Shown: in pieces, positions 50,445-64,000 of the stretch | Numbering within the stretch: the first letter of the stretch is position 1 | How the letters are laid out: each line of letters begins with the position of its first letter | Source of the DNA: Lama glama | Taxonomy: Eukaryota | DNA length: 64,000 nucleotides | NCBI GenBank assembly: GCA_028534125.1 | Contig: CM052818.1 | Coordinates: 24,616,001-24,680,000, forward strand | Reading direction: 5' to 3' | Notes under the pieces: model-generated | The model's input: only the letters and a program-made list of their open reading frames with translations | What the model was told of the DNA's origin: nothing | The model's database searches: none | Translations under genes and position numbers: made by a program

Positions 50445-51525
50445 AGCTTTGGTGGTTATTTTTTTAATCCACCATTTTAAAGTTTGACAATCTTTATCTT
50501 TACATTGGAATATTTTAGCATGCTTATTTCAAATGTCATGACTCATGTATTTGAGTTGAAACGACCATATTACCATTTACTTTCTCTTGGTCCCATCTGT
50601 TCTCTTTCTTTTCTCCCTCTACCCTGACTTTAGTCAGATTAATTTATTAAGCTCTATCTTGGCTTTATTCAGACTCAGATTTTATTCAGATTTATTATTT
50701 TAAATCTGTTTTCCTCTTGATGATCTTGTCTTCTTGGTACTAGTCCTGCTTAGGGCATGTACCTCTGGCTGGAAGGTTTTTATGTCACCTCTGGAAAATT
50801 CTGTGCTGTTATCTCTTTAGACATTGTTTGTTATATTCTCTCTCAGTCCCACTTTTTATATTCTTGAAAATATTAAGCACAGTTATTTTCAAGTTTAGGA
50901 CAAATAACTCTACCATCTGGATCCTTTACAGGTCTGGTTCCTTTGTCTATTGTTTCTGGTGGTTTTTGGTCACAAATTTGTTTCATATTATATGAAAAAT
51001 AGACAAAAAATCTGAGGTTCTGTAGTATGGTACCTTCCTTCTAAGGAGTTTTAAATTGGCTTTTAGGTCTAGACTAGGGGCACTCACCATTCCAGGTCAC
51101 CACAATGCAGTCAGGGTTTGACATGATTCCAAACCTATTTCTAATTTACCTTTACTCCTAGGAAGTGTCTTTGGGATCCCAAACCTGAGGGGTTTGGCAG
51201 AGCTTCCTCCTGGATGAACCCTTAATTCTGGTATTTGTCTCCCCAGCCCTGTAAGCCTGTCACAGCTCAGCTTAATCTCTCAGCCTTTGGCTCTCCTCTT
51301 GTAGAAATGGCAGAAGCCTCTACGGGAGAGCCGCCCCAGAGGCCAGCCTCCTCTCTGGGTTTCTTCTCCCAGGTCTTTGATCCATGACTCATCACTGTCT
51401 TGCTACTTTCTCAAGCCTTAGAATAGATGTTTTTCATATTTGATCCAGCTTTTCCATCATTCTGGTGGTAGGGGGGGAGATTGGCCTAAATGATCTAGGT
51501 CTCCATGACCAGAAGTGGAACTCCC
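50445..51525 (-). mobile_element. Old L1M-type remnant(s)
   Basis: tttgacaatctttatcttt.cattggaa.attttagc; ggaaaattctgtgctgttatctcttta; attaagcacagttattttcaagt; ccatgaccagaagtggaa. Confidence 0.6.
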
Positions 51526-52439
51526 AGGGCCTAGAACTAACCAATGCAGAGATGTCTTCAGCTGAAGGGTTAGCTTCTACTTAAGATCTAAACACCAAAG
51601 AAGAGAATATCAAGTCTCTTCACTCATTTACATTTTCAAGGAAATAAATAGGTTTATTATTTCCTAGGGTTGGTGAGTCAAGGCACAGAAGGAAATGTTG
51701 GGTGCCTTAAGTCATAGTTTAGCTGGTGGGAGGGAATTTCAGAGAGTCTTGGATATACAGATAGGGATAAACTAATATACACGTTAATCTACGCACACAT
51801 TTTTTCATCCTGGAGTTCTAAAGATGCTGTTTAGATGGTTCTTTGCCACCCAGGATCCCTGAAAAGATCAGCGTAAGGACAGCAATCCTTCCATCTGTGG
51901 CTGCCAGGGGCAAGGTCAATCATCAGCTGTACTGTTTGCTCTTAGCACAAAAAATCTGCTCAACCTCAGCCTGACGAGCAACTCTGATGCCTTTCCTCGG
52001 GGAAGCACAGGCTGCTAATTATGGTATTTCATAAAGTTTATGCTCCCAGCTAATGGTGGGGGTGACCGTTTATTTATTTATTCTTAAGCATTTTTGTACA
52101 TGCAAAGCACTAAAGTAGGTGATGTGAAAGGTTTAAAAAAAAAAAGATGAGTCTTAATCCCATCCTTTCAAAACACAGCCCTAGTTATGTAAATGCGGTT
52201 CTAAGAGTTTTCATTGTACACATCTTTATTGTAAGTCACTTCAGGTCCTTTCTGAAAGTAGTCAAGGCATAAGTAATTAATAAATCTATGAACAAATCTC
52301 TATCCCTGTTCTCAAGGATTTTATGATCCAGAACTAGCTCAGCTCACCGTGGAGTTGATTAGGATGGGGTTGCCCTTGCATGGAAGGTCACTGAGCACCT
52401 TCAGAGCACAGAAGGATGCTCTCGTGACGTGGACACTCC

Positions 52440-52860
52440 GAGCTCCTTGCCCCACAACCAGTGCTCTTCTTTCCTTAACAGAACCCCAGTTTTGTTCTTA
52501 TGTTTATCCTCCCCACCCATAGTCAGGAAAGGGGAAGCAGACCTCCCCTCCCCTATAGCTCCAGGGGTGGGTGTGACTGAGCTAAATTAATCCTCTTCCT
52601 AGTAATGAGGGCCGTGGTAGGCATAAGACTTAGTTCCTGTCATTGAGATGTGAGAGCAAGTCTAAGCAGCCCCTGAGACAAAGCCCGGAAAAGAGGCACG
52701 TTCCCTTCCTCCCCCGGGTGTTCCTGTGTTCAGTAATGGTACCCAGAACTGCGGCAGCCACCTTGCAACAAGGCCGAGGATGAAACCAACAAGGAGAGCG
52801 GCCGACTCTAGAGATGAAAACAACATGGCGCTTTGAGAGCATCATTAGACCAGTGGGGCT
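52440..52860 (+). mobile_element. Old MaLR (MLT1-type) LTR
   Basis: ttccttaacagaaccccagttttgttc...tgagatgtgagagcaagtc...gaactgcggcagccaccttgcaac. Confidence 0.65.
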
Positions 52861-53641
52861 GAAAGTATAAGTAATTCATTGTAGTGTAGCCATGATTTCA
52901 GTAAGGAGAGAATGTAAAGAATAAAAGAGTTTTAAAAAATGATAGAAAAAAACACTTTTTGGTAAACTGGATGGAATGTTTTTTCTAATGTCCTTTAACA
53001 TTCTTAAAAAAAGGGAATAGGATGAGGACTAGTCTCAACTCTAATACTTCCTTGTCTAAAGGAATTTCTTCAGACAAGCACTTCATCACAATCAGGACAC
53101 TTCCACCAGCTGTTCTTGATCTAAAGGCCAAGATCAAGGTTTCTCAACCTTGACCCTAAAGATGAAGATTGGAGTTACTTCCAATTATTTGCCATCACAA
53201 ACAACAATGCAGTGAGCATACTCGTACATAAATCTTTGCAAATACATGTATTTCTTTAGAACAAATTACTTGATGTGGAAGCAATGAATCAAGGATTATA
53301 AAACCAAACATTTTTGAAAGTCTAAGTGTGCCTCCAAATGTGGGATAACAGAATATAAGAAACAGAAGGATTCTACTGCATAACACTTATGCTAATTTAT
53401 GTATGAGAAGAATTACACCTAGGGGGTTTGAGGGTGAATTATCTAAGGTGACACAGCTTTTTTGTGGCAAAGCTAAGATTAGAACCCAGGTCTCGTAAAT
53501 TCTATTCTGGTATATTACATATGGAGAAGTGGGTGGGAAGCCAATTTATACTGCTACAAGTTTCTTAGGTATTAAGGAAAACTATTCTCCATTTGACTGT
53601 CTTACAAAAATAAGAAACAGGCATTGAGTGTTATAGGGAAG

Positions 53642-53848
53642 TATGGTTCCCAACAGAAAGTGAGTGTGCTTCCCTCCCCACCCAGGGGACACTCGTCAAT
53701 GCCTGGGGACATTTTGGTCATCATAACTGGGTAGGTGCTACTGGCCTGCAGTAGACAGAGACCAGAGACGTTGCTGTTTTCCTAGATGGCACAGAATAGT
53801 GCTCCTAACAAAGAATTACAAGGTTCAAAATGTCAATAGTGCTAAACA
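53642..53848. mobile_element. MER20 (hAT-Charlie) fossil
   Basis: cccaggggacactcgtcaatgcctggggacattttggtcatcataactggg..gtgctactggc...aacaaagaatta...caaaatgtcaatagtgct. Confidence 0.85.
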
Positions 53849-55849
53849 CAAATACAGAGAGAAGATTTTTAGATACAGAGAATACAGACTATTTTCCAAT
53901 CTTTGGCCCAGGAAGAGACCTAAGGATATTGCCACGTCCCTTGCCAGCCTCACTCTACACATATCCACACATGCAGGAACCACATGGAAGTCACTGGGGT
54001 TGGGAGACAATCACTTACCACATCCTTCTCCTCATTGTGAGTTTGGCCTCATTTGATAAAGACACAGGAATTGGACAAATCACAATAAAAAATGACAGCA
54101 TTATTCCTGATAAGGCCAACTAAAGAGTTGGGCATGACTTATGGCCAGTTGAGCTTCCTAACCTAAGCTCTGTGTTGTCCCACAATTGAAGTTCCCCCTT
54201 CCCCCTGCCAACCATCCCTTTATAAACACAGGACCTACCGAGAACGCTCATTACAGTTATGAGCAAGGAAGCGCTGCTGAGAACAGCTCATTCCAAGAGA
54301 CACCTGGGCCACGCTGAGCCTTCCATGCTCAGTCCCTTCATTCTGCATGCTTCCCAGTCCCATGCCCCCCATTTCCCCCGAGAAGCACAATGAGGGCCTA
54401 AGAGAAGCCGTGTGTATTCATCCCATTCTTTTCCGTGTTGGGGCAGTAAGGTCCTAGTTACCTCCTGTCTATGGAAACTGGAGAAGGGACAGCCCTTCCA
54501 CTGTAGTGGTGGCAGAAGCTGTCGACAGAGGGGCACTTCTTTTTCCCATCTTCAGAGCAGGTAAAACAAGCTGCTTTAGATCTTTAAATAACAGCTACAT
54601 CCACACATACACATGTACAAATATCCATATATATGTATGTTGTGTGACAAGGAAACTAAACTTTTTTCAGTTAATACGAAAACTTACTTGTTGGGGGGTT
54701 AAAATTTTTATGAAAGAAAATTCTGATGGAGTCAGTTCACCTGCACACCACATGACGTGTGACGACCTATGAAGTTTGCTTCATCACTCCTTTGCTTTCT
54801 TAGCTCATTTCTTTAGGGTTTTCCCCTCGTACATACCAATTTATCCACTTAGTAATTATTTATTGAAATGTAGAAACACTTTCTTCAAGATTTTACTTGT
54901 ATCTCAAGATGGTATCTGCTTCTCATAACTAGCCAAAGCCTAGAGACAATGGGAAAGACTTTACTTGTGCTTTAGGCCAAAGAGGGAAAGAGTCAAAGCC
55001 ATCAGTTCTAAACACCTTGGTCAGCCTCATACTCACGAGTGGTAAGACTCAGAAACTGCTCAAAGTGAAAAGGCTCCATTGAAAAGATGTCAGCTGTGCT
55101 CTTCAATTTACAGAGCACCAGCTCAGGGCCCTCTCACGTACGGTCCACTGTCAAAGGAAAGAATCACTGAGCCCAGGGGTGGGTTTAGCAGCTCCTAGTT
55201 CTATTGGTGAAAAATGCTTTTGAGCCCCACTGCAGTTTCCCAGCCAAACAAAGTAAATCCCCCTGGGAGGGCAGGTGCAAAATCAATCCTGCAGAGAGCA
55301 GTCAACATGTACCCGGGGGATGCTGTCCAGGAGATGTTTGGAAGTACTATTTGCCTGACCAGTCATCCTCGGTCTGAGGTCGACAGGAAGCTAACAGACC
55401 AGGCTCTACAGGGCTGAGAGCAATCAGAGTCACACAAGCTACGTTTGGTATTTTCCCATAAGAACCATTGCCCCTCAGATACCAAGGGATGGCTGTAAAT
55501 TGCTCCAAGACTGCACCAAGGTTGCTACTGGGTCCACCTATAATGAGCTAGTATCAGCATTCTTTGAACAGTTGGAAAAATAGATTATTTCTCTTTCTTT
55601 ATATGTATTTGTTCATCTTTTCTCCTTTCATAAATACTACCCCATCATCCCACATCTCTCTCCTCTTTCTAATGCCACCACCCCTTTAAAGAAATACGTC
55701 AACACCAAAATGCCTCCTGGGAGGAAGCAAGTGGATAACATGGATTCATTGTGCTTGATCCTAGGAAGATGGGGGTCATCTCTGAAGAGTTACAACAGAA
55801 TGGGTATAGAAGAGACTGAGTCCCCCATGACATTCAAAAAGCAGTCCCA

Positions 55850-56027
55850 TACAGAATACATAAACAAGTTTATACTGTATAGCACAGGGAAATATATTTA
55901 AGATCTTATAGTAGTTCATGGTGAAAAAGAATATGAAAATGAATATATGTATATTCATATATGACTGAAAAGTTGTGCTGTACATCAGAAATTACACAAC
56001 ATTGTAAACTGACTGTAACTCAATTTG
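55850..56027 (+). mobile_element. Very short L1 3' end with TSD
   Basis: taaacaagtttatactgtatagcacagggaaatatatt...; TSD aaaaagcagtccca (55836-55849) / aaaaaacagtccca (56028-56041). Confidence 0.92.
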
Positions 56028-56064
56028 AAAAAACAGTCCCAGTAAAGCAGACCCAGTTCATAGG

Positions 56065-56185
56065 TCACTGTCCACCTGAAGTGTAAGCCCCATGAAGGCA
56101 GGGGTATGTTTCTACTTCTCTGTATTCCAGTGTTGAGCATGCACACTGCACAAAGCAAGTTCACCATGAGTATTCCTTGATGAAT
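56065..56185 (+). mobile_element. L2 3' end
   Basis: gtgtaagccccatgaaggcaggggtatgtttc...tgtattccagtg. Confidence 0.75.
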
Positions 56186-59182
56186 CTGACGATGGTGAAG
56201 ATGACTGAGACTCCAAAAATGCAACATGAACAAAATTTCAAGGTTGACATGATCAAGATCACTGATCTGTTGCCTTTTTATGTAAGCTCTCCTAATTCTC
56301 TCAAATGTTTCCATCACAAACATCTTCTCAGTGTTCTTTCCGTCTCATTATTGAAAAGGGAAAACTTGCCACCTTTGAATACTAAGTATCTTGACATTTT
56401 CATACCTGAGGCTACATGTATCATCAGTGAGCTTTAGCCATATCAGGTAGAGCCCTGTGCTGACAGGGTGGCCAGCCAGCCCCCAGGCAGTATTCTATCA
56501 TGGCTACAAATCAAGATCTTCTTCAGGGAATCATCAAATCCTGCTTCATCCCAGCCACGGAAGGAAACATGCACTTCTAGGTCAGAACACCAACCTATTA
56601 CTTCACAATAAGAAATAATACAACTACGGAGAACAGAGTGTGCTGGGTGCCAAGCTTGGGCTTCCTCTTTCTCTCACAGTTCTGGAGGCTGGCTGATGAC
56701 ATTTGTTTTCCAGGAGGTCACCTGCATGTGTGCCCCTCTGCAGCGTGCAAGGGTTCCCTGTCATTCTCAGCCAGAGGGAGTGTCCTGCTTGACCATAACC
56801 GAGCTTGCCTCTCTCAGGTCTGCTGTACTAAGTGGGCTCCTACGTACAAGGGTGAATCTCTGCTTTCAGTCCCCTTTGAGTCCTTGTTTGTCCTTCTATT
56901 AGTTTTTCTTATTTTTGAAAACTGATCTGATGAAGCCCTGGTCCCAAAAGCAAACCTCACATGGGAACTGAGCAAAGTGCACGTAAGAGTTGAGCTTAGT
57001 GCTGTAAAACCCAGGGGGACTCCTTCTATGTGCAAATAGTCCAGACTGGACCTACTGGATCCAATCTGTACTTAACATGCATTCAAAGGTTAATTAAAAT
57101 ATTACTGTCTCATGAAAGAGGCACGTCTCTTCAAGAAAGTTGTTAGTAGTTCATCAGCAAAGTTCTTGATTCTAAAAATTGTATATTAACTCATAATCTG
57201 AATTGGTGAAGATAGAGACAAGGAAATAAACAGTACACATACTGAGAAAAAAAAAAACAAAAGAAAATTCAGTAACATTAGTTCTCCATGACATTTTTGC
57301 TAACAGTTTGCAATATCAGAATGTGTGAGGTGAAAAAAATTAAATAATTTTTTAGCACAACTCTCACAATCGTGCTTAAACTGACTTTGGCCAGAATAAC
57401 CAAACTATCACTGAACATTTTATCAGGACATTAGAATGTCTGAATCCAACAAGTATTGAAAAACTAATCATGGATGTGGTCAAAATTTCTATTAATAGCA
57501 AACACCAAAACTATCATAAGAAGGCCAAGTACACTCCAGCTTTAACTAGCTCTTCTCCAACAAAACCAGTGTAACACATTTCCCATAATTCCCAGTCATT
57601 AACTATCTACGAATTTCATAATCTCAAAACCCATGAAAGAGAACTGGGACTCTGCGGTGCTGGACAAGAAGCTGCTGGACAACAAGCAGCTAGAAAACAA
57701 GCCACACCTAGATTTCCAGGAGCTTAAAATATTATATTCACACTTACTTGCTTAAAATGCACATGCTTGCCTTGTCTTACGCAGTAGATGACCTATAACA
57801 CGTATTATGCTAAAGAAAGTTTGTAAGGAGAAATCCTGAGATTGACCATAAGGGCACAAAGGAGGGCAGATAGTTCCTTAGGGTAAAACAATGGGAAGCC
57901 AGATCACCCATTAACAGAACTTTGTTCTGGCAAGAAAGCATGTGGTTTAACCCAGGGGAAATAGCTGCTATCTCGAGATGTCCCGGAGGCAGTAACAGGA
58001 CAGACTTAGAAATTCTGCATACCCCGAGGAGGGTGAGTGCTCCTGGAAGGGACAGGCCTGAAGTTAACCAGTGAACCAGCAAGCAGAGCTTGGCGCTCAT
58101 CGCATGGAGTATCTAAAGCCCCATCTCTTTGATTGCATTTTTTCCTGAGCCGTATACTCCTAATAAATATGATGTCGACCAGGCTTTTGGCACTTTAGAT
58201 CCACGAGATCTTGAGTCCCCTGGTCCCATCTTTGCTCTTTACTTTGTCCCTTTGTTTCTTAAGTCTTGCGTTGCCCGTCCTCAGACACAGTCCCGAGCTG
58301 CACTGGACGCAGCACCGTCGGGTCATTTTTAGCAGGCCCATCGTCTATTGACCGCAAAGCCATTTAAACAATTTAGGAAATGGCCAAGAAATTTTTGGCA
58401 AAGGAGTTAGGGCAGGTACAAGTTGTGGCTGATGTGAAAGGCTAATTGCTCAATAATTCCCTCATGAGTTCAATAAAACCTGAGCTAATATAAACCAAAA
58501 TTCTTTGACACAAAAATCCAAAGGTCAAAGATACAGTGTCCACATTCCACCTAATAAACCTAGATGGATTTGTGTTCCATAAAAAAAAATGCATCATTTT
58601 TATCATTGGAGGATCCTCCCCTTCTAATGTCAAGGCCAAAATATGAGCTTGTGCGTTGCCCTTAGAGGACAAGGGTCCAGTGGCTGTCCTCACACTGAAT
58701 TCTGAGAGCCAGGCCACCACAAGGGTCAGAGGGGAGAAGACCAAAACAGCTCAAACACTGACCCTGTCAAGTGGGTGTAAAAGGCAGGACAGAACAGCCA
58801 AACTGATGTCCATTGCATCAAGCCAGCAGGAAAAACACCACATGACAATACGAGGAGCAAACTTTTAATGATACCTCTAATAACCTTTACCTAGCTAGCG
58901 TCTATCAAGCCAGCAACTGAGCTGTCCCCACCCAGCTCTTAGCAGCTGCGCCCAAGGAGCCCTGGCGCTTTCCCTATGTCGTGTCGTGGGGCTGGAGGCA
59001 GAACGTGGCTCCAGGTTGATCCTGGATTTTCTGCCACTTACAAGCCTTCTGGCCATGAACCAGTCCACGAACCTCTCTAAGCCAGTTTCTTTTTACCAGG
59101 ATGATGGCCAAGATCTCAAGAAAAGATGAGGTAAAGATGAGCTATTGTCACTTCATGCGACTCTACATGGCCTTTCTTGTCA

Positions 59183-59345
59183 GACAGCATAGCACAGAGC
59201 AAGGAGTGCAGGTTCAGAGTCGGAGAGTCTCAGGTTGGAATCGCAAGTCGGCCGACTAGTGCCATGTTACATAGGAAGGGCAGTTAACGTCTCTAGGCTC
59301 GATCTTCCCCACCCATCAAATGCGGAGAATGATGCCTACCCCTTC
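59183..59345 (+). mobile_element. MIR
   Basis: acagcatagcacagagcaaggagtgcagg...cagttaacgtctctaggctc...tcaaatgcggagaatgatgcctacc. Confidence 0.7.
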
Positions 59346-60486
59346 TTTTTTAAGAGACATCTTCACGGTGAGTTTGGCAAGGGCAGGGACGGGCACCAGC
59401 AGGACCCAGTGAGGGTGACGGAGTAGTGGTTGCTGCTGCTGCTATTTTGATTATCATCATCATCATTTTGTTGGTGGATTGATCTGGGACCAACTGGAAA
59501 ACCAGGTGATGAAGGAAGGGAGAGAGAAGTGGAGTTGCCTTGACAGAAAGAAAGGAAACTCGTGACATGGGGGGAGGAGAAACAGGTCAAGAAAAATAGA
59601 GAAATCTTTTTTTTAAAAAGCCATAGTGGGAGGTCCCTTCTGGGAGAAAGCCAATAACTAAGTCAAAACAAGTTGAGGTGGGGAGAGACAGAACTCACAG
59701 GGATGACAAAATCTTCAAAAAGACACACGAGAATAAAAAGTTTCCCTGGGAAGCGGGACCACAGGTGGGCACTGTGATCAGTGTGACTTGGAGAGGTTTC
59801 TTGGAAAAACATGTCATCACCACAGCCAACTGAAAGGTGTGATGGCCGCCAGGTAGGCATCTAAGGAGAACTGCTTTGATTACAGAGAAAATGTAACAAA
59901 TACACACAAATTCTAACAGGATGTTCACATGCCTGCTGCCTCCCAGTTTACGGGAAAGGAAAGAGAGTCATTGGGAAAAGTGTGTCAATTCCAGCAGAGT
60001 CCTGTGCAGCACAGAAGAGCTGAGACCCTGCGGGGAGGGGGCACGAAGTTTCCATTGGCTTAAGTATCAAAATAATAGACCCTCCTCATCCAGAAGACAC
60101 CATACGTGTTTCAGGGGAAGTTTCGGGGTGGGGGGGATTTTCTGCTACATAAATCAGCCTTGCCAAACCACAACTGATCAATTGGTTTACTTGAAGAAAG
60201 CAAGGACTTTCTTGGTAAATATCACACTAGGATCCCCACTTTCCAGCACACGGTGGAAGGGCCTTCCCAGTTCTGTCTCACGAAGGGCTCAAGGTGCCTC
60301 ACAGGAGGCCCTAGCCCATTTTCAATACTGTAAACCCCACGTCCTCCCTTACCCAAGGTGTGGCTGCCCAGTTACAGAAACTCTTCATCAACCAGGAGGC
60401 TGAAGCTTGCTCACCGTAGAACAAAGGGAAACTTGGTGACCTCAGCTTCTGAGGACTCTGAACACCTGACATTAAAAGGGCCTCCT

Positions 60487-60912
60487 CTACTCAGCCATAA
60501 AATAGAATGAAATAATGCCACGTGCAGCAACATGGGTGGACCTGGAGGTGATCACACTAAGTGACATCAGGCAGGCAGAGAAAGACAAATATCGTATCAC
60601 TTATATGTAGAATCTAAAAAAGTGACACAAATGAACTTATTTACAAAACAGAAACAGACTCACAGAAACAGAAAACAAACTTACGGTCACCAGGGGGGAA
60701 AGGCAGGGAGAGGGATAAACTTGGAGTTTGGAATTTGCAGATACTACCATATATAAAATAGATAAACAACAAGTTTCTTCTGTACAGCACAGGGAACTAT
60801 ACTCAATATCTTGCAGTAACCTATAATGGAAAAGAATATGAAAAAGGAATCTATATATAACATAAATAAATTGGACTGGATCAAAATTTAAATAAATAAA
60901 TAAATAAATAAA
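60487..60912 (+). mobile_element. 5'-truncated L1 3' end with (TAAA)n tail and TSD
   Basis: ctactcagccataaaa...gcagcaacatgggtggacctggag...; TSD taaaagggcctcct (60473-60486) / taagagggcctcct (60913-60926). Confidence 0.94.
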
Positions 60913-61321
60913 TAAGAGGGCCTCCTGCCTCTCCTGACCTCTCCAATAAGGGAAAAACCAGAGGGAATTCTTGAAATACAGAGAAACCTACTTGGCTGCA
61001 CTAACGTAGGGCCTGCCTTCCCAGCAAAGGCACTACAGCCCCGAACAGGATGAGCAGAACAAATGTCAAGATATGTAAGCAGCATGTAGAGACCCCAGCT
61101 TGAATCTGGAGGGACACAACGAGTGAAGGAACATGGAAAGATGACCAATGAGACACGGACAAATGGACACCATGAAGGACAGGCAGTCTGGTACCAAGGG
61201 GACAGTGATGCGGTCCCCAGCCAGGGAGCTCAAGATTGGAGCAGAGCGAGGGTGGAAGCCCCCCATGGGAATGGGTGTGGGTGGCAGCAGAGAACGGAGT
61301 GGGTGGGAGAGAGACCATAAA

Positions 61322-61421
61322 NNNNNNNNNNNNNNNNNNNNNNNNNNNNNNNNNNNNNNNNNNNNNNNNNNNNNNNNNNNNNNNNNNNNNNNNNNNNNNN
61401 NNNNNNNNNNNNNNNNNNNNN
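61322..61421. other. Assembly gap (100 N, probably an unknown-size placeholder)
   Basis: Run of exactly 100 N. Confidence 0.99.
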
Positions 61422-62801
61422 ATGGCTGCCCCTGTGTCCATTCACACCTTAAAGTACCCAACTTGTCTATTACTGATTCTGATAAACCAGCATCAAGACC
61501 CCCAAGTAGTAGGAGTGAGGGGTGAGGGGAAGCAGGTGGCTCAGAGTTCAGGATTTGTCTCTCTCTCCTCCCTCCTCACTGTAATTCACAACGCAAGACA
61601 GAGACAAGTAAGAAGGAAGGAAGGAATAGAATGACACAAAGATTAACCCCAGGAAAAGAGAGAAAAGTGAGGTTCAGCAAGTGGTGGAAAAGTCCTGTTT
61701 AAACACCTGAATACCCCACCCACTGCCAGTGTCAAGTCCAGCCAACAGAATTACTGTCTTATCACTTAAAGAGGAAAAGAAGTTCCCACACATGGACCAG
61801 AGAAAGCCTCCTCTACTGCATCTTGTTGGCTCCTCTACTCTTCCCTGTGGAAAGTGAGTGCCAGTGTGGGATAGGGGGTGACACAGCAACTTACAATGGT
61901 TAGACCACCCTGCAATGAGGTCTAGGTGGTGCCGGTAAAGCAGCCATTGAGCAGACATTTCTGATGTTGGATTCTCTGCAGGATATTTTAAACAAAATAC
62001 AAAATATTTTGCTGTATAATAAAACATGGCACATCAAACCAACAAAATGGTTTGGCTGTTCAATACGGTCATAACCTTACTTTAGATGAAAGGATGGCAA
62101 ATACCTCTTACACCTGGAGATTGTCAGTTAAAAAAATTCAGAGATATATTTGGCTTTGCTGTGCTTTGCTTAACTCTCATTTGATGGCTTTTCACCAACT
62201 TCTGAAGCCTGCGTGGGACCGCAGCCATTAGAGGGAAGACATGCAGGCTGTTAGTCAGTGAAACAACAGTTACTTCCCTTTATTTCACTTAAACCCCAGG
62301 TGTCCTCCCACCCTCCCTTCTACCTTTTGGGATGCTTATACCTCCAAGCGTGTAACTTGTAAACCCCACTGCTACTGTGGTAATAGCCAAAGGTAGGACT
62401 GGAATATTTAGGGGCAAGCACACAGGGTGGCAGTCTATGGTAAATACTGGTTCCCAAAATTTTTAAAGATAAAGTCGTGCTTTGAGAAGGAAACTACTAA
62501 GATTCAACACAGGAATCAAGTGGTTTCCAAGCACACTGCTGATGAAGAATTGGGCAACAGTCAAGATCAGAAAAGGTTGCCAGTAATTAAAGAGAGTTAT
62601 CAAGGAATCCTTTGTCCTGTAACCCAGCTGAATAAAGATTCTGTTAAAGAAGTTGAGTGATCTGCACAGAGGGTTTTTAAATGTATCCTTTTGGGAGGCA
62701 CTCTTCTGTCAATAGCAACGCTTTATCTGTGCTAGAACAGGCACAGTTCATCATTCATTAAGCTGTTCTCAAATTTGTATATACTCATATTTAAAAAAAA
62801 A

Positions 62802-62916
62802 TTTGTTGGGGGGAGGTAATTAGGTTTACTTATTTTTAGAGGAGGTACTGGGGATTGAACCCAGGATCTAATGCATGCTAAGCATGTGCTCTACCACTTG
62901 AGCTACACCCTCCCCC
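62802..62916 (-). mobile_element. tRNA-derived SINE (Vic-1-like)
   Basis: Reverse complement reads ggggagggtgtagctcaagtggtagagcacatgcttagcatgc...cctgggttcaatccccagtacctcc...aaacctaattacctcccc; tatatact is repeated on both flanks. Confidence 0.93.
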
Positions 62917-64000
62917 TATATACTATTTTTAAGGACAACATGCTTCCCTTTGTTTTGACTCCATGATTTCAAGGCAACTTTATGAGTATTTATTTTGTAT
63001 GCCAAATACCATGACCTCAAGAAGAAGATGTCCTAGACACTGAACATGTGACTCCAGTCCCTGGGAAGACCTTCACCCCATTGTTAATCACCATAACAGC
63101 TCCCTGGTTTATCATGCATTTCTTGGGGATTTAGTGTGTGTCAATACCTAAGAGCCTCAGAAACTCTGGGAAAACTGAATCCAGAAAGTTGTCTCTTGCC
63201 CTTAAACCATAGAATCCCTATTATAAAGGCTACTTAGTGAGGTTTAATTGAGTGATAGCTGACTTCATTCAGCAGCAGTCTTTCTGAAAGCAGAAGAGAC
63301 AAAATGTGCCCCCGCCTAAGGATTCCTCCTCGGTCCTCCTCCAGTAGCACTGGGTGTGCTCTCAAAAGATCATCCGAAGGTGTCCCCCACCGCCATGCTG
63401 CTGCTTTGTGCTGGTGAACGGTAGTTCTTACAGATGCTAGAACAACAAGGAGTCATTTTTATTGTAAAGACTTGACGTGTCATTCAAACTTGTGAATTCA
63501 ATAACTTCTCATTCAAACACCCAAAGGCAAATGTGTCTTATCCACTTCTTTGCAATCAAATGCCCTACAGCACACAGAAAAGCCATTTAGAAAAGGACAA
63601 GACACTCCAAACACTTGCAGCACCAGGGTTGAGGGTCCATCGGAGATTGCAGGCCCTTGGAAATAGGATATCACATCATTTCTTTATGGAAAAAAAAAAG
63701 TCATTATCTCCTTATTTACTTCACTGGGATGCTCTAAAGTATAATCAACACTCGTCACCTTTTCCCCTTTACCTTGGAGCCCTAGGCCCTTCATAAATAT
63801 ATCATTTCCCGATGATGTATCTGAAATACAGATCTAAAGAAGTGTCTAGAGGGGTCAAAGCTGCATTATTTGTCAGTGTCGATGAGGCTGAAAACATGGC
63901 CTGGACTTAGACATAGAGGTCAGGAACTTGGAACACAGTCTTGAGAAAACTGCTGAACTCAAAAAAAAAAAAAAAAGAATACAAATTATAGCTGGCAGTT

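Noticed and set aside
63300..63450. Minus-strand acceptor-like ctccttgttgttctag followed by one open frame
   Set aside because: No recognisable peptide and no clear donor; insufficient support.
1..64000. CRISPR-like arrays, operons or prokaryotic defence systems
   Set aside because: The sequence is repeat-rich mammalian DNA; I saw no regularly spaced repeats or gene-dense segments.

Overview
This is mammalian nuclear DNA, most likely a camelid (alpaca/camel lineage). The inference rests on three copies of a tRNA-derived SINE resembling the camelid Vic-1 type, cetartiodactyl-type L1 3' UTRs, and no recognisable BovB/Bov-tA or PRE-1 SINEs. The window looks intronic or intergenic: I found no recognisable host protein-coding exon, functional RNA gene or CRISPR-like array. 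The only protein-homologous ORFs are decayed L1 ORF2 fragments (46.2-46.7 kb and 48.7-49.5 kb). Much of the window is a layered set of interspersed repeats: lineage-age L1 3' ends (several with target-site duplications, TSDs), old L1M, L2, MIR, MaLR/ERVL/ERV1 solo LTRs, and hAT and Tigger DNA-transposon fossils. There are also microsatellites and three assembly gaps. Repeat family names come from recalled consensus sequences, not a database search, and the boundaries of old repeats are approximate. I did not find a new biological system. The best-supported unusual structure is a 5'-inverted (twin-priming type) L1 with a large internal deletion at 46059-46705. Weaker leads are a diverged ~140 bp direct duplication, several repeat-poor or CpG-retaining putative regulatory blocks, and an orientation hint of a minus-strand host transcript.
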